In this document: positions 11,939 through 22,781 of the stretch, in pieces
Position numbering within the stretch: position 1 is the stretch's first letter
Layout: each line of letters starts with the position of its first letter
NCBI GenBank assembly: GCA_020184695.1
Contig: JAANOX010000224.1
Location: 366,730-430,729 of the forward strand
Direction: 5' to 3'
Source of the DNA: Histomonas meleagridis 2922-C6/04-290x
Lineage: Eukaryota > Protista > Parabasalia
DNA: 64,000 bases
Notes under the pieces: model-generated
The model's database searches: none
Told to the model about the DNA's origin: nothing
Seen by the model: only the letters and a program-made list of their open reading frames with translations
Translations under genes and position numbers: made by a program

Positions 11939-12366
11939 ATTTCAAATATATGTACAATTTTCCGCTTTGAAAAGGCAACCAAACTTGACCAAGTTTCAAA
12001 CTTTTTATATCAAATCAAATTTGTAATTTAAACAATTGTCTAATTATATCAATTTTATTGCTTTTGGTGCAATATTTTTACTTCTTTTTGTTGTACCTTT
12101 TAAAACATTAAGACAAGTCTACGTATGGCTTCCGATGAAAATCAACATTCGATGGGATAATGCGATGAATCCGAACTTAAAAGTCAAAAATAAACGGAAT
12201 GAAATTTTACGTAAAGCATTGAATCTAAATTTTCATCACTTTCACATTTAATAAAATATAATCCTTTCCAGCTTTTGCATAAAAAAAAACATTTAGTGAA
12301 CAAATTTTAAGGTGTAAAGAAATAGTTTTTACTTTTATGTAATTACCTAACAAAAAATTATTTTTT

Positions 12367-13335
12367 TTACATTGGCTTGCTCGAAGGCGATACCTTCAGA
12401 TGTTTGTATATTGGTAAACATTGTCCGAAGAACAGAATTGCAAACACGACTGATGCTATTAAATTTATTCCAGCAAGTACAATGAACAGAATTCCTAAAA
12501 CAGGATTCTTACCACCGGCGAAAGATACTTCGGAGATTACAATTGATTTTGTTCCTTCGAATGAGCTGACGGGGTATGTATTATTTATTTGCACATAATA
12601 AGTTCCGTGATCAATATCAATGTCAGGTGCTGTAGAAGCCCAAAGTTTCCTAAACTTAGATAACGGTGCTATTTGTACCCAGTTTACAAAATGTTCATCT
12701 TTTTGTCCTTTTGGAAACAAGGTAGAATTGCGAAGCCAAGCACTAGTATCATTGTATGTTGGGTTAGTGTCTTGAAAAAGAGAGTAATAAGTTGAGATAG
12801 ATATGCTATCTGATGTGAAATTTGGTAATGAAGAATCAATTACAAAGGTATCGTTGAATATACTTGTTGGAAATGCGCCACAAGGGGCAAGTGGTTCGCC
12901 AATATCATTAACTCTCATTGGATCACATTTATCTAAATTATCTGATGTAACAAATTCTCCACTGAACTGATCCCAATTTTTCGAGCTCATGTAAAGGAAG
13001 TTATTTTGAAAGAAGTTTGTTAGTTGGTAATAAAAAAATAGCTGAGTTTTCTTCAGATCTCTGTCAACGTCAAAACTTACATTACAAACTGTCCCAATTT
13101 GGCATTTATCATCATATCTTACAATGGCTTCCCAAAGTCCGTCGCTTGCCAAGAATATTGGCAATCCAAATGCGAGTGATACCACTGTTAAAATAATGAA
13201 AATAATTGAAGAAACGCAAGGCGTGTAGAACGGCTTACATGACCCAAGCCTCTGCTGCAGGAACTTCGACTGCGCGTGCGGTACCTCCTCTCCGTGACTC
13301 TCGCTGGACATCGCCGACACGGAACTTGAGTTCAA
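12367..13335 (-). CDS. CDC50/LEM3 flippase beta-subunit
   Basis: FFYYQLTNFFQN, LAPCGAFPTSIFNDTF, DEHFVNWVQIAPLSKFRKLW, FAGGKNPVLGI; two terminal TMs. Confidence 0.95.
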   Translation of the reverse strand: MNSSSVSAMSSESHGEEVPHAQSKFLQQRLGSCKPFYTPCVSSIIFIILTVVSLAFGLPIFLASDGLWEAIVRYDDKCQIGTVCNVSFDVDRDLKKTQLFFYYQLTNFFQNNFLYMSSKNWDQFSGEFVTSDNLDKCDPMRVNDIGEPLAPCGAFPTSIFNDTFVIDSSLPNFTSDSISISTYYSLFQDTNPTYNDTSAWLRNSTLFPKGQKDEHFVNWVQIAPLSKFRKLWASTAPDIDIDHGTYYVQINNTYPVSSFEGTKSIVISEVSFAGGKNPVLGILFIVLAGINLIASVVFAILFFGQCLPIYKHLKVSPSSKPM

Positions 13336-13459
13336 TTTGCGTGTTCAAATGCCATAAACCATTCAATTGTTGGCACTTCGCAAAGTATCAAAACGATTCG
13401 GCGCACTTTGAATTGTGGCGTCAAAAAAAAAATAAATATTTCATAGTGCTTTATCATAT

Positions 13460-15217
13460 TTAGCTGCTTGATGATGTTGAAGAAGATCCAGAGCTCTCAT
13501 CAGAGTCGTCCATTGATGTTGCGTTAGGTGACGATTCATATGAAGAAGATATTTCAGATTCGGATGATCCGGAGGAAGACTCAGAGTCTGATGAAGATTT
13601 GTCTGATGATGACTCAGAGGACGACTTCCTTGGCGGAGGCGGCGCTGGAGCTGGAGCGGGCGCTGGAGCTGGTGCTGGTGCTGGCGCAAGTTTGATCGGC
13701 TTGTTCTTGGGCAGCGATTCGGATGATCCGGAGGAGGACTCAGACTCAGACGACGACTCATCGGAAGACGACTTCTTTGGAGGCGGCGCTGGCTTAGCTG
13801 GCGCTGGCTTGGGCTGCGGCTTGGGCACTGGCTTCTTGCTGGACGACGAGTTGCTTGACTCCTCTGATGACGACTCGGTTTCGGATGATGACTCTTCAGA
13901 AGATGACTTCTTTGGAGGCGGCGCTGGCTTGGGCTGAGGCTTTTGTTCGGCGGGCGGCGCCTTCCTCTCCTTGACGTCTGATGATGGCTCTTCGGAGGTG
14001 GACTCTTCTGACGATGACTCAGATGATGACTCAGAGGTTGACTCTTCCTTCTTAGGTGGTGGAGATGGTGCCTTGGCTGGCTTAGGTGGCTTGTGCTTCT
14101 TAGACGATGAGGTGGACAACTCAGAGAATGATGACTCAGATGATGAATCTTCCTTCTTCTTCGGCTCCTCCTTCTTCTTTGGTTCTTCTTTCTTCTTTGG
14201 CTCTTCCTTCTTCGGTTCCTCCTTCTTCTTGGGCTCTTCCTTCTTTGGTGGCGCTGGCTTGGGCTCCTCCTTCTTCTTGGGTGGAGCTGGCTTCTTTGGC
14301 GCGGCCTTCTTGGCCTGCTTGTTCTTGTCGTTGTAGTTGAGGATTGAGATGACGTTTAAGATGATGATCAAAATGAGTAATGTTGGGATTTCAAAGCCAA
14401 GTAAGAAAGAATTGAAGGCATAGAAGGCAGAAAATGTGTTGACACTGAACTGTGTCCTTTCTTCTTGTGCATCATACTTTTCTAACTCAAGATATGATTC
14501 AGTTGTTGCAACTTCTTCACGATCTTGTAATTGGTGGCTGACATAACATATGTACCCTTTCAAGTTGTCACCAGACCAACTTCCAATGCAACTGTCGGAA
14601 GCAATTGTAAAGAAGCATGGATCATTTGATGAATGATTAAGATTTGACGCATTAACATTAACTGTACATTGGGCAATGGTGGATACTGTGTAACTGTCAT
14701 CTGATGTAATTGCATATGTAACAAAGAAATCTGGATGATCAGCTTGGAATTCTTCTAGTGATGAATAGTTTAAAGCTTGGTAAACTTCAACAAGACCAGA
14801 ACCATCATAGTTATCTACATATTCTCTGAATTCTGAATTACCATTATAATAATTGTAAACTGAAGGAACAATTGTTGTGCCGAATCTAGTGTAATCAAGG
14901 CCCATGATCTGTGAAATTATAAGCCCTAATGATGTAATAATTGAAACAATGAAAATTATAAGTCTGACTATTTTAGCTGCATCAAGTAAGTACATAACTG
15001 TTACGATCAATAATAGGACGGCTGTTACGATAGCGAATACAACGCATAAAATTGCGATAGTATGTACCCATCTGTGAATTCCGTATGTTAATTGAGAGTA
15101 CATATTATTGTCATCAAATAATGCATTATATGTACATGCTGCTATGGACACAATGAAGAGACCAATAGTGCCACACCCAAGGACAAACTCGAGGATGGTT
15201 TCTCTCTTGAGAGCCAT
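13460..15217 (-). CDS. Four-TM membrane protein with Cys-containing loop and long Lys/Pro/Glu/Ser low-complexity tail
   Basis: Three N-terminal hydrophobic helices, a loop with several Cys, a fourth TM, then KKEEPKK repeats, PAPAPA and poly-Ser blocks. Confidence 0.8.
   Translation of the reverse strand: MALKRETILEFVLGCGTIGLFIVSIAACTYNALFDDNNMYSQLTYGIHRWVHTIAILCVVFAIVTAVLLLIVTVMYLLDAAKIVRLIIFIVSIITSLGLIISQIMGLDYTRFGTTIVPSVYNYYNGNSEFREYVDNYDGSGLVEVYQALNYSSLEEFQADHPDFFVTYAITSDDSYTVSTIAQCTVNVNASNLNHSSNDPCFFTIASDSCIGSWSGDNLKGYICYVSHQLQDREEVATTESYLELEKYDAQEERTQFSVNTFSAFYAFNSFLLGFEIPTLLILIIILNVISILNYNDKNKQAKKAAPKKPAPPKKKEEPKPAPPKKEEPKKKEEPKKEEPKKKEEPKKKEEPKKKEDSSSESSFSELSTSSSKKHKPPKPAKAPSPPPKKEESTSESSSESSSEESTSEEPSSDVKERKAPPAEQKPQPKPAPPPKKSSSEESSSETESSSEESSNSSSSKKPVPKPQPKPAPAKPAPPPKKSSSDESSSESESSSGSSESLPKNKPIKLAPAPAPAPAPAPAPAPPPPRKSSSESSSDKSSSDSESSSGSSESEISSSYESSPNATSMDDSDESSGSSSTSSSS
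13560..14310 (-). repeat. GC-rich coding tandem/low-complexity repeats (KKEEPKK, PAPAP, SSSES)
   Basis: Seen directly in the DNA and in the translation. Confidence 0.85.
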
Positions 15218-16135
15218 ATTTCTTTATAATTTCGGTTGGTTGAGCTTTTTCAAGAAACAAATTGAAAAAGCGGAACATTTGAATTGGCTTTTTGGGCCAA
15301 ACGGTTGCGTGCGCTGATCGTTGATTGGTCTTTTAAAATTCAATTAACACTGACCAATTGAGCTTTTTCAAATGAGTTGTATGGGAGAAATGATTTCGTT
15401 TCGTTCCAATTTATACCAATGTTATGATTTTAATTTTATTAACATAATGTTATTCACTTTTTTAAGCTTTACATAGTGTTAAAAGCAAAAATAAATGGAA
15501 TTTAAAAGAATTGCAAAAACACCAAGGTTTTGCATCGTATCAGAATTATTTTCAATACTTTACGGATCAAAAGTCTTGATTTTTTCTCATGCTAAATCTT
15601 CAATTTTTTGCAATTTATTAAGGAAATCGTTTAATAAAAATCATTAATGTTGAATTATATAATATTTAGATGATGACTTGGAACGAAACAATGTTTCTTT
15701 ACGAACTTCTTTTTGTCATCGTTTGTTCGAACAAATAATGTCTTAAATTTTTTGACTTTCAGGTGAGATTCTTATCGTATTTATCACAAATTTTCTTCTT
15801 AATCGCTTCAACTTTTTGATAACTTTATCGTTCGTGATATGTTTACCACAACGTTCAGCTTTTTACCATTTGTTCATATATAACAGTAAATTTTAACAAT
15901 GAAAATCATAGATCTTTAAAGTCCTGACGTATTATACTTAAAGTCTAAGAAACTTCAATAGAAAAATCAATGTTCACCCGTTCAAAATTAACATTGAAAA
16001 TAAAAAAAAAATTGTAACAATGATAACAATTGATATTTCATTGCCTTTCCACCTCACGAGTATTTAGTATTTTATTTAAATTTAGATGAAAAACAGGTGA
16101 GAAAAAAATCATTTAATAAAGTACGTTAATTTTTT

Positions 16136-16143
16136 AACGGTTT
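16136..16143 (+). promoter_or_regulatory. M3-like (Myb-type) trichomonad core promoter motif
   Basis: AACGGTTT ends 3 nt before the ATG at 16147; matches RRCGGYTK. Confidence 0.45.
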
Positions 16144-16146
16144 CTA

Positions 16147-18912
16147 ATGACAGACCAACAAAAACAAGATGTTTTAAAGATCGAAATGGAAATGGAACAG
16201 ACACATATTCTAGGTCAAAGCGTTCAAACAAAAAATAGTTTTTCTTATTTTGGCGGATATGACATGAAAGATCTTTGGATTCAAAATTCGAGTTCTGAAT
16301 TTAATACAAGACTTATTCATGTTGGTACTGTAGCATCAATTACAGAAGGTTTGTCTAAAATTCATGATATGCAATTTCCTTACACAAGAATTATTGGTGC
16401 TTTATGTGTTTTTAATCCCGAATGCAGTATTTCATATATGTTTGGCGGAATGATTCAACAAGCAAACGCTAACAACAAACTCGAAATCATTTGTTCAGAC
16501 AAAATCTATGCACATAAATGGGACAATTTATTTCCAATATCATATTTTAATCCTAACAAAGACATATTTTCCAAGAGGGGATGTTTTTCTCCATGCGGGC
16601 GATGTTTTCATTCAGGTGCATGGGAAATCAATTCATCTTCAATGTGGATTTTTGGTGGTCTTTGTCAAATAGAAGGCACCGTAACCTTTTTAAATGATTT
16701 GTGGAATTGGTCTAACATTACTGGTAATTGGATTCAGGTTGAAGCCCTTAATTCACCATCTCCAAGGATTTATTCGTCACTTTTTTGTGTTGAGAACAAA
16801 CTTTTTCTGTTCGGCGGTTTTACTCAAACAGCCGAAACTTCATTTTTTTGGGTTCTTGATTTATCCCAATCTGTTTTAAAATGGGAAGAAATTGAGATTC
16901 CAGTCCAGCTTAAAAGTCAAGTTTATGGTTGTAAGCTTAAATTTTATAGTGATGATTATAATTCATATCTTGTTTTTGTTGGTGGCTCAAATTTTTATCT
17001 TGATATTAATTTCATAGAAAAAGGAATTAACAATATAAAAGAAGATATTGAAAATCAAGCGCCATTAACCATTTGGTTTTATTCACTTCATAACAAAAAT
17101 TTTAGAAAATTTGTAGTTAAAGATGTGCCTAATGTTTCATATCATAGTTGTGAAATTATTAATGAAGACGTATATATATCTGGCGGCATTATTACTAACA
17201 AACAATTTAATGTTAAGCCCAATAATATAATTTATAAAATTAATTTTAAGAATTTTTTATATAAAAATTCATTTAATAATTCGTATATGATAAACTCAAT
17301 TCAATCGTTTAGTAAGTCATTTAACCCAATTAATGATCAATTTATTAAAGACTTAAGAGATATAATAATAGAAAAACAGAATAAACAAATTTCAAAATTA
17401 TTTATAAAGGAATTAACTGAATTATTTCATTATCATCAAACATATCATTTTCCATTACAAAACTTTGTATGTTATGCTAATGTATATGCGAAAAAAGAAA
17501 TTTTACTTAAACGAATTGGAAAAATGTTTTTTCCTCAAACAGCAATACCAAAAGAATATATATATGACTTAATATATTACGCATATACTGATACAATTGA
17601 TCTAACAAAAACAAAATATACAAATTTTTCTGAGTTTTCTATGTTTATTGAGTTTTGTATGTTAAATAAATTATATCGTTTAATATGGTATGAGTTTGGT
17701 TATCATTTACAGAATTTAATACCTTCACAAGTATTTCGTTTGTGTTTTTCAACATTTGGTAATTCTAAACAACCAATGTTTGAAGATCCTAATTTAATAA
17801 TAATGAAAAAAGTTTTTTTGTTTTTTTTAACTAAATATCATCGATTTGCCGATTTTTCATTACTTATCGGATTATCATCAATTTCATCACGTTTTATCCT
17901 AAAGAAAATTTCATATTTTGAAACTTGTGATTATGAATCAATTAAATTAATATTTCCAAATTCAAATCATAAGTATCAACTTGCATATTTAACAAATGGT
18001 ACAAGAAAAGATATATTAAATAATATATTTAAATTTGATAATGATGTTCTTAATGAAACAGATATTATAATAGTTAAATCAATTCTTTCTTTTACTATTC
18101 CATTACTTTTTGATTTCCATTCGAATAAAATAATTTTCTCTTTGATAAAATTACTTAATTCATGTGATATGAATTTCACCGAAAAATATTTTAATGATTT
18201 AATAGATAACTCTAAAAATTTGTTTTTTATTATGGCAAAAGAAAATATATATTTTAAAAAGGATTTAGTTTCTTTATTGCCGAATATTAAATTTAATTTT
18301 TTGTTATTTTTTGTGCTCGATTTAATTGGAATTTGTGGTAATGTTATTATAATAAATGATGATAATAATATGAAATTTTTTTATGATTCGAATTATGGAA
18401 TTTCAATTCCAAACATAACATTAAATTTAAATATATCAAAAAAATCTATATATGCTATATTTTTCGTCTTATATACTAATATTAAAATCAATGATTTACC
18501 CGATTTTTTTGATATGGAATCATTGGCATATGATTGTTTAACATTGTTAAGTAAAAATTTAATTATTCCTCCGTTTTGTATTATGAATGATATGAAAGAT
18601 TTCGTAATACAAAAATTGTTTATATCTAAAGATAAAAAAGAAGCAATTTATAAAATCGCAAATTTGTTTCCGAAATTATTTAACGCAAGATTACATGAGA
18701 AATTATTTAATTTATATGAATTCGATGAAATTTATAATATTATAAATGAAAATTTCTTAAATGATTGCGATGATGAACAAAAAGAATATTTGATATTAAG
18801 ACATAATTCAATGATTTTGCCTCATGAAGAAGAAATAAATGTGGCAAATATTGATAAAGAAGATGAGTATGATTCTGAATCAGATTCTGATGGAGTTTCT
18901 TATTCAAAATAA
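16147..18912 (+). CDS. Kelch-repeat plus BTB-like protein (LZTR1-like architecture)
   Basis: Kelch motifs SYMFGG, MWIFGG...FLNDLW, PSPRIYSSL, LFLFGG; BTB-like VYAKKEILLKR...DLIYYAYTDTI. Confidence 0.7.
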   Translation: MTDQQKQDVLKIEMEMEQTHILGQSVQTKNSFSYFGGYDMKDLWIQNSSSEFNTRLIHVGTVASITEGLSKIHDMQFPYTRIIGALCVFNPECSISYMFGGMIQQANANNKLEIICSDKIYAHKWDNLFPISYFNPNKDIFSKRGCFSPCGRCFHSGAWEINSSSMWIFGGLCQIEGTVTFLNDLWNWSNITGNWIQVEALNSPSPRIYSSLFCVENKLFLFGGFTQTAETSFFWVLDLSQSVLKWEEIEIPVQLKSQVYGCKLKFYSDDYNSYLVFVGGSNFYLDINFIEKGINNIKEDIENQAPLTIWFYSLHNKNFRKFVVKDVPNVSYHSCEIINEDVYISGGIITNKQFNVKPNNIIYKINFKNFLYKNSFNNSYMINSIQSFSKSFNPINDQFIKDLRDIIIEKQNKQISKLFIKELTELFHYHQTYHFPLQNFVCYANVYAKKEILLKRIGKMFFPQTAIPKEYIYDLIYYAYTDTIDLTKTKYTNFSEFSMFIEFCMLNKLYRLIWYEFGYHLQNLIPSQVFRLCFSTFGNSKQPMFEDPNLIIMKKVFLFFLTKYHRFADFSLLIGLSSISSRFILKKISYFETCDYESIKLIFPNSNHKYQLAYLTNGTRKDILNNIFKFDNDVLNETDIIIVKSILSFTIPLLFDFHSNKIIFSLIKLLNSCDMNFTEKYFNDLIDNSKNLFFIMAKENIYFKKDLVSLLPNIKFNFLLFFVLDLIGICGNVIIINDDNNMKFFYDSNYGISIPNITLNLNISKKSIYAIFFVLYTNIKINDLPDFFDMESLAYDCLTLLSKNLIIPPFCIMNDMKDFVIQKLFISKDKKEAIYKIANLFPKLFNARLHEKLFNLYEFDEIYNIINENFLNDCDDEQKEYLILRHNSMILPHEEEINVANIDKEDEYDSESDSDGVSYSK

Positions 18913-19181
18913 TTAATAAAATGTTTTTAATGTTTAATTTTGTTTTTCATCTTTTTCCTAGGAAATTATTCAATTAAATTTAATATATATTCACTTATAT
19001 AAAGACATGTTTGAAACTTATGTATTATTTTTTGAGGATTTAGAATGCAATTTATATATAAATTTCACTTTGAATCTCTTCTTATCATATCATTAGCTTA
19101 ATTCATAAAATTGTTTTGATTTTGCATAAATTATTAAACGTATAATTTTTATTTAAAAATCCAAAATAATTATTAATACAG

Positions 19182-19892
19182 TTATTGCTTAGCATACTGT
19201 ATAAGCATGTGATGTTCATCATCAATGGTCATTCCGTTTAAGCCATTAAGTGCTGCTGTTGCTTGGTCAATTGTATCAAATTCAACAAATGCAATATCGT
19301 TTTTCTTTGGAACAGTTCGTGCTTCAACAAATCCAAGGTACTGTTGGAACAACATACTAAGTAAGAGCTTGTTATCTGAGTCAGGAAGATTCTGAACAAA
19401 TAATGTCTTATTAGGCGGATTGAGATCTGCTGTTGGAGCAATAACAGGAATTGGTTTGGAATAGGCTGGCTCTTCTGTGATAATTATCTCTTCTTCATCT
19501 TCTGAGAGCATATCGAAATCGTAATATTTTGGAATCGAACCATGTGTAAGAAATTCAGCTTCAGCATCTGATATTCGTTCTGCCTTCCTACCATATGGGT
19601 TAAATGTTCCTGACATTTTTTGAGTAATTTGTGATTTTGCAAGCGCAAAATTTACTGAAATTGGTCTATCAAATAAATAATATTTATCAAGCATTCTTTT
19701 TGCAGCAACAGCACTATCAGTTGATTGAAATGTAATCCATGCTTGACCACGTCTCTTTAATCCTTTATGAGCTCTAATTTCTAGAATTGTTCCGTAAGCA
19801 GAAAATATAGAAAACAAAGCTCTCTTTAGCTCATTGGTACCGATTTTATCGCAAATATGATTAACATAAAGAGTTTGCGAAACAACTGACAT
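19182..19892 (-). CDS. U1A/U2B'' snRNP protein (two RRMs)
   Basis: TLYVNHI...LKRALFSIFSAYG, RGQAWITF, PPNKTLFVQNLP, IAFVEF. Confidence 0.92.
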   Translation of the reverse strand: MSVVSQTLYVNHICDKIGTNELKRALFSIFSAYGTILEIRAHKGLKRRGQAWITFQSTDSAVAAKRMLDKYYLFDRPISVNFALAKSQITQKMSGTFNPYGRKAERISDAEAEFLTHGSIPKYYDFDMLSEDEEEIIITEEPAYSKPIPVIAPTADLNPPNKTLFVQNLPDSDNKLLLSMLFQQYLGFVEARTVPKKNDIAFVEFDTIDQATAALNGLNGMTIDDEHHMLIQYAKQ

Positions 19893-19947
19893 TAGTTTCG
19901 ATTTCACACAACAGTTAAAATTTTGACTGTATCCGTTAACTTAAAAT

Positions 19948-21087
19948 TTGGAATTCTCGAAACAAGAAAATCAATTTTCCAATTTTCTGGAAAAATATTC
20001 TGAATATTTAACTGATGCTCCAAACAAAGATGAACTACTTGTTTTTGGAAAAAAATTATTATCACCTTTTCCTCAAACATCCAATAATAGAAAGTCAATA
20101 CAACTACTTGAAAAAAAGGAAACAGAATTATCAACTCCTCGTAAAGAAGAACATCCTCGAGTGAAATCATCAATATCTTTATATTCTCGATTTGATACAT
20201 TTCCTTTAAATAACAAAACCACAACAGAACAACTCTCAACTGAAATCAATGCAATTCAACATAAAAACGATCTTCTTCGTCTTAAGAAGAAAACACTTCA
20301 GACCAAAAAGTCCGAACTTACCACTCAATATCAAAATATGATAATAGATAGTATTCATAAAAAAGAAGAATTAAACGAAGAACTTTTAACACTGAAACAA
20401 GAGCTTGCTCAGTTAATGCGTCGTTATGACACCACATCACCAGATACGATTTATAATCCCAAAATGAGTGAATTCATTGAACTTAATCAACGCATTATTC
20501 ATCGTATCAACGAACCCAAATCTCTTGCGCGCGATTCCATTCTTCATTGTGAGCGTTGTGTCTTTGATCTTTACAAAACCAAATTAGAAACACTTTTACA
20601 ACATTCATTTCAATTAACGCCAGAAGAAACGCAAAAATATTTTAATGATTCCTCGAATGAAATCGAAGAACAAATAAATCAACTTCGGAAAAGTATAAAT
20701 AACGAAAGTATTCGAAACGAGAAACTTCAAAACGAAGTTCGACAACTCGAAGATTGTGTCATAATACAAAATGATGAAATTCGAACATTAAAACATAAGT
20801 TAACACAAATCGAAGATAACATTGAAGAGATTAATACAATTTCGGTGAATGAAATAATGGAACTAAAGGAGAAATATAACAAATTGTTGAATAATCAAAA
20901 TGAAGAAAATTCATTTGTTTCTTCAGCAAGAGAAAATGGAAAAGAGAAAAAGAAATTAAAAAGAACTTCTTCAATGAAAAATAATATAAAAGATTTGATG
21001 GAGAATATGAAGAGCGAAGAATTCTTTGTCGAAAATAGAAAAGAATTTCTGTTTTCTAAAATTAGTAATCCCGAAAACATTATGTAA
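19948..21087 (+). CDS. Coiled-coil hypothetical protein
   Basis: 379-aa ORF rich in E/K/Q/L heptads. Confidence 0.7.
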   Translation: MEFSKQENQFSNFLEKYSEYLTDAPNKDELLVFGKKLLSPFPQTSNNRKSIQLLEKKETELSTPRKEEHPRVKSSISLYSRFDTFPLNNKTTTEQLSTEINAIQHKNDLLRLKKKTLQTKKSELTTQYQNMIIDSIHKKEELNEELLTLKQELAQLMRRYDTTSPDTIYNPKMSEFIELNQRIIHRINEPKSLARDSILHCERCVFDLYKTKLETLLQHSFQLTPEETQKYFNDSSNEIEEQINQLRKSINNESIRNEKLQNEVRQLEDCVIIQNDEIRTLKHKLTQIEDNIEEINTISVNEIMELKEKYNKLLNNQNEENSFVSSARENGKEKKKLKRTSSMKNNIKDLMENMKSEEFFVENRKEFLFSKISNPENIM

Positions 21088-21494
21088 ATTGTATAAATTT
21101 AATTTAATTTTTTTCATTGTATTACAAAAATGATTATTGGAAGGATAACATTAATCATAAATAGTAAAAAAAAAAAAGATTAATTTTGAAATTATGATTG
21201 AAAAATAATATTTTTATGAATATTCTTCTTCAATGTGATGAACAACTTAAAATATGAGTTCCTTGGTGATAAATCTTAAACATTTCAATATTTCAAATTG
21301 ATTCATATATCATAACTTTGTGGTTGGCTGCTAAAGACATATTAAAATTCATATTTTGAATGATGGGAAAGTTTTTTTTGGCAGCATTATGAACAAATAA
21401 ATATGACATATTATATTTACAAAATCTTATGAATGGTTAAGGTTTTGGCACTGCAAATACCATAAATAATCCAAAAACAAAAAACAGGTACTCA

Positions 21495-22190
21495 TTGAGA
21501 AGAGGATGTGGAGAAGATAATGGTCCATATTTTAACTTGGATTCAATTATTGAACTTGAGAGAATCATATTTAATTTAAATGAAGAAAATATTGAATCAT
21601 CAATTGAAGAAACAATAAAATTATTAAACGATAATTCTATCATTTTTGGAAGAAGAAGGAATGAATATCAATGGTATTATTATCAATGAATCATCAAGTA
21701 ATGGGAATTTATATCTTAAATATTTTCTTCAAAAGAATCAAATACCAAAAAATATTTTATTTATATCTATGTACTGTAAAATCAGGAAACATGTTTGAAC
21801 TTTTGAAATATATCAGATAACAAAAAGAAATTGATGTCAATGCTGAAAATATTTTATAATTTTGTTTTAATAATTTCATATCTAAAAGTAATATATAGAA
21901 ATTATATAAATTGTTTCAAACAGCACTTGAGGTTGAATCTAATTATGGCTTCACTGAAATTGAAAAGTTGATTCGTGAGAAAATAAATCAAATCAAAGTA
22001 TTTATAAATGCGACCAAAAATGGTAAAACGAAGAAAGTTGCAGAACATATACAGAAAAGAGTTAATATAAATGTTAAAGATATTGATTAGATATGTTTAC
22101 TATATAAATCATTATTTTGATATTTTTATATAATATATGGAAATTATTTATATGATTTAAAACAGTTTTCATTTACAGTTGTTAAAGCAC
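21495..22190 (+). pseudogene. Degenerate DUF3447-family/ankyrin locus (locus E)
   Basis: FNLNEENIESSI is shared with the 27394 and 51076 genes; ankyrin remnants TALEVESNYGFTEIEKL and INVKD; spacers at 21851-21919 (69 nt) and 22082-22161 (80 nt); multiple stops. Confidence 0.6.
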
Positions 22191-22335
22191 AACTATTATA
22201 AATAAAGTTTTTTATGAATTTATTAAAAATTGAGTGAAATTTGGCGGAGTGTCAACTTTTTAAATAACTTTTGATCGTTCATATTTTTCAATTTGAATAT
22301 GTCTGTTTGGCAAAAACGAGAAAAATATTTTTCTT

Positions 22336-22728
22336 ATGAATGAAGTTCAGATCGATACAATAAATGAAACCAACAAAAATTTGCTTAGTCGCTCAGTCTC
22401 CAAGCCAAAAGTTTTTGTATCATTCACAGAAGCAACGAAAGCAAACACATTAAAATGTGAATTTGGAATTCAAAAAGATGATACCACAATATATCTCCAC
22501 AAAAGCAAAACGAATTTTACGAGTCTTACTCATTTTGACAAAGTTGTTCGAGAATATTTTCATGCATCACGTTTTGTCACGCCGTTTCCAAAGAAACCAT
22601 CGGACAAACTTATCGATGAACTCAACAAATACTTCTTCGAGCTCATAAAAATTCCGGGTTTTGTTATTTTTTCCCCATTTGTTGAACTTTTTCACTTCGA
22701 TCCGAAAATTTTCGGAGATTTTGAATAA
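22336..22728 (+). CDS. Small protein, possible PX-like domain
   Basis: Pattern SLTHFDKVVREYF...PFPKK...ELNKYFFELIKIP...FVELF resembles a PX domain. Confidence 0.4.
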   Translation: MNEVQIDTINETNKNLLSRSVSKPKVFVSFTEATKANTLKCEFGIQKDDTTIYLHKSKTNFTSLTHFDKVVREYFHASRFVTPFPKKPSDKLIDELNKYFFELIKIPGFVIFSPFVELFHFDPKIFGDFE

Positions 22729-22781
22729 ACTTTTTTCACATCAAATTTCCGACGGTTGAAAAAAACAAAAATATTTAATAA

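Noticed and set aside
13599-14340. Plus-strand ORFs rich in D/S/G/F
   Set aside because: Antisense shadows of the low-complexity minus-strand gene.
15500-15950. Possible decayed coding sequence on the minus strand
   Set aside because: No recognisable family; too degenerate to call.
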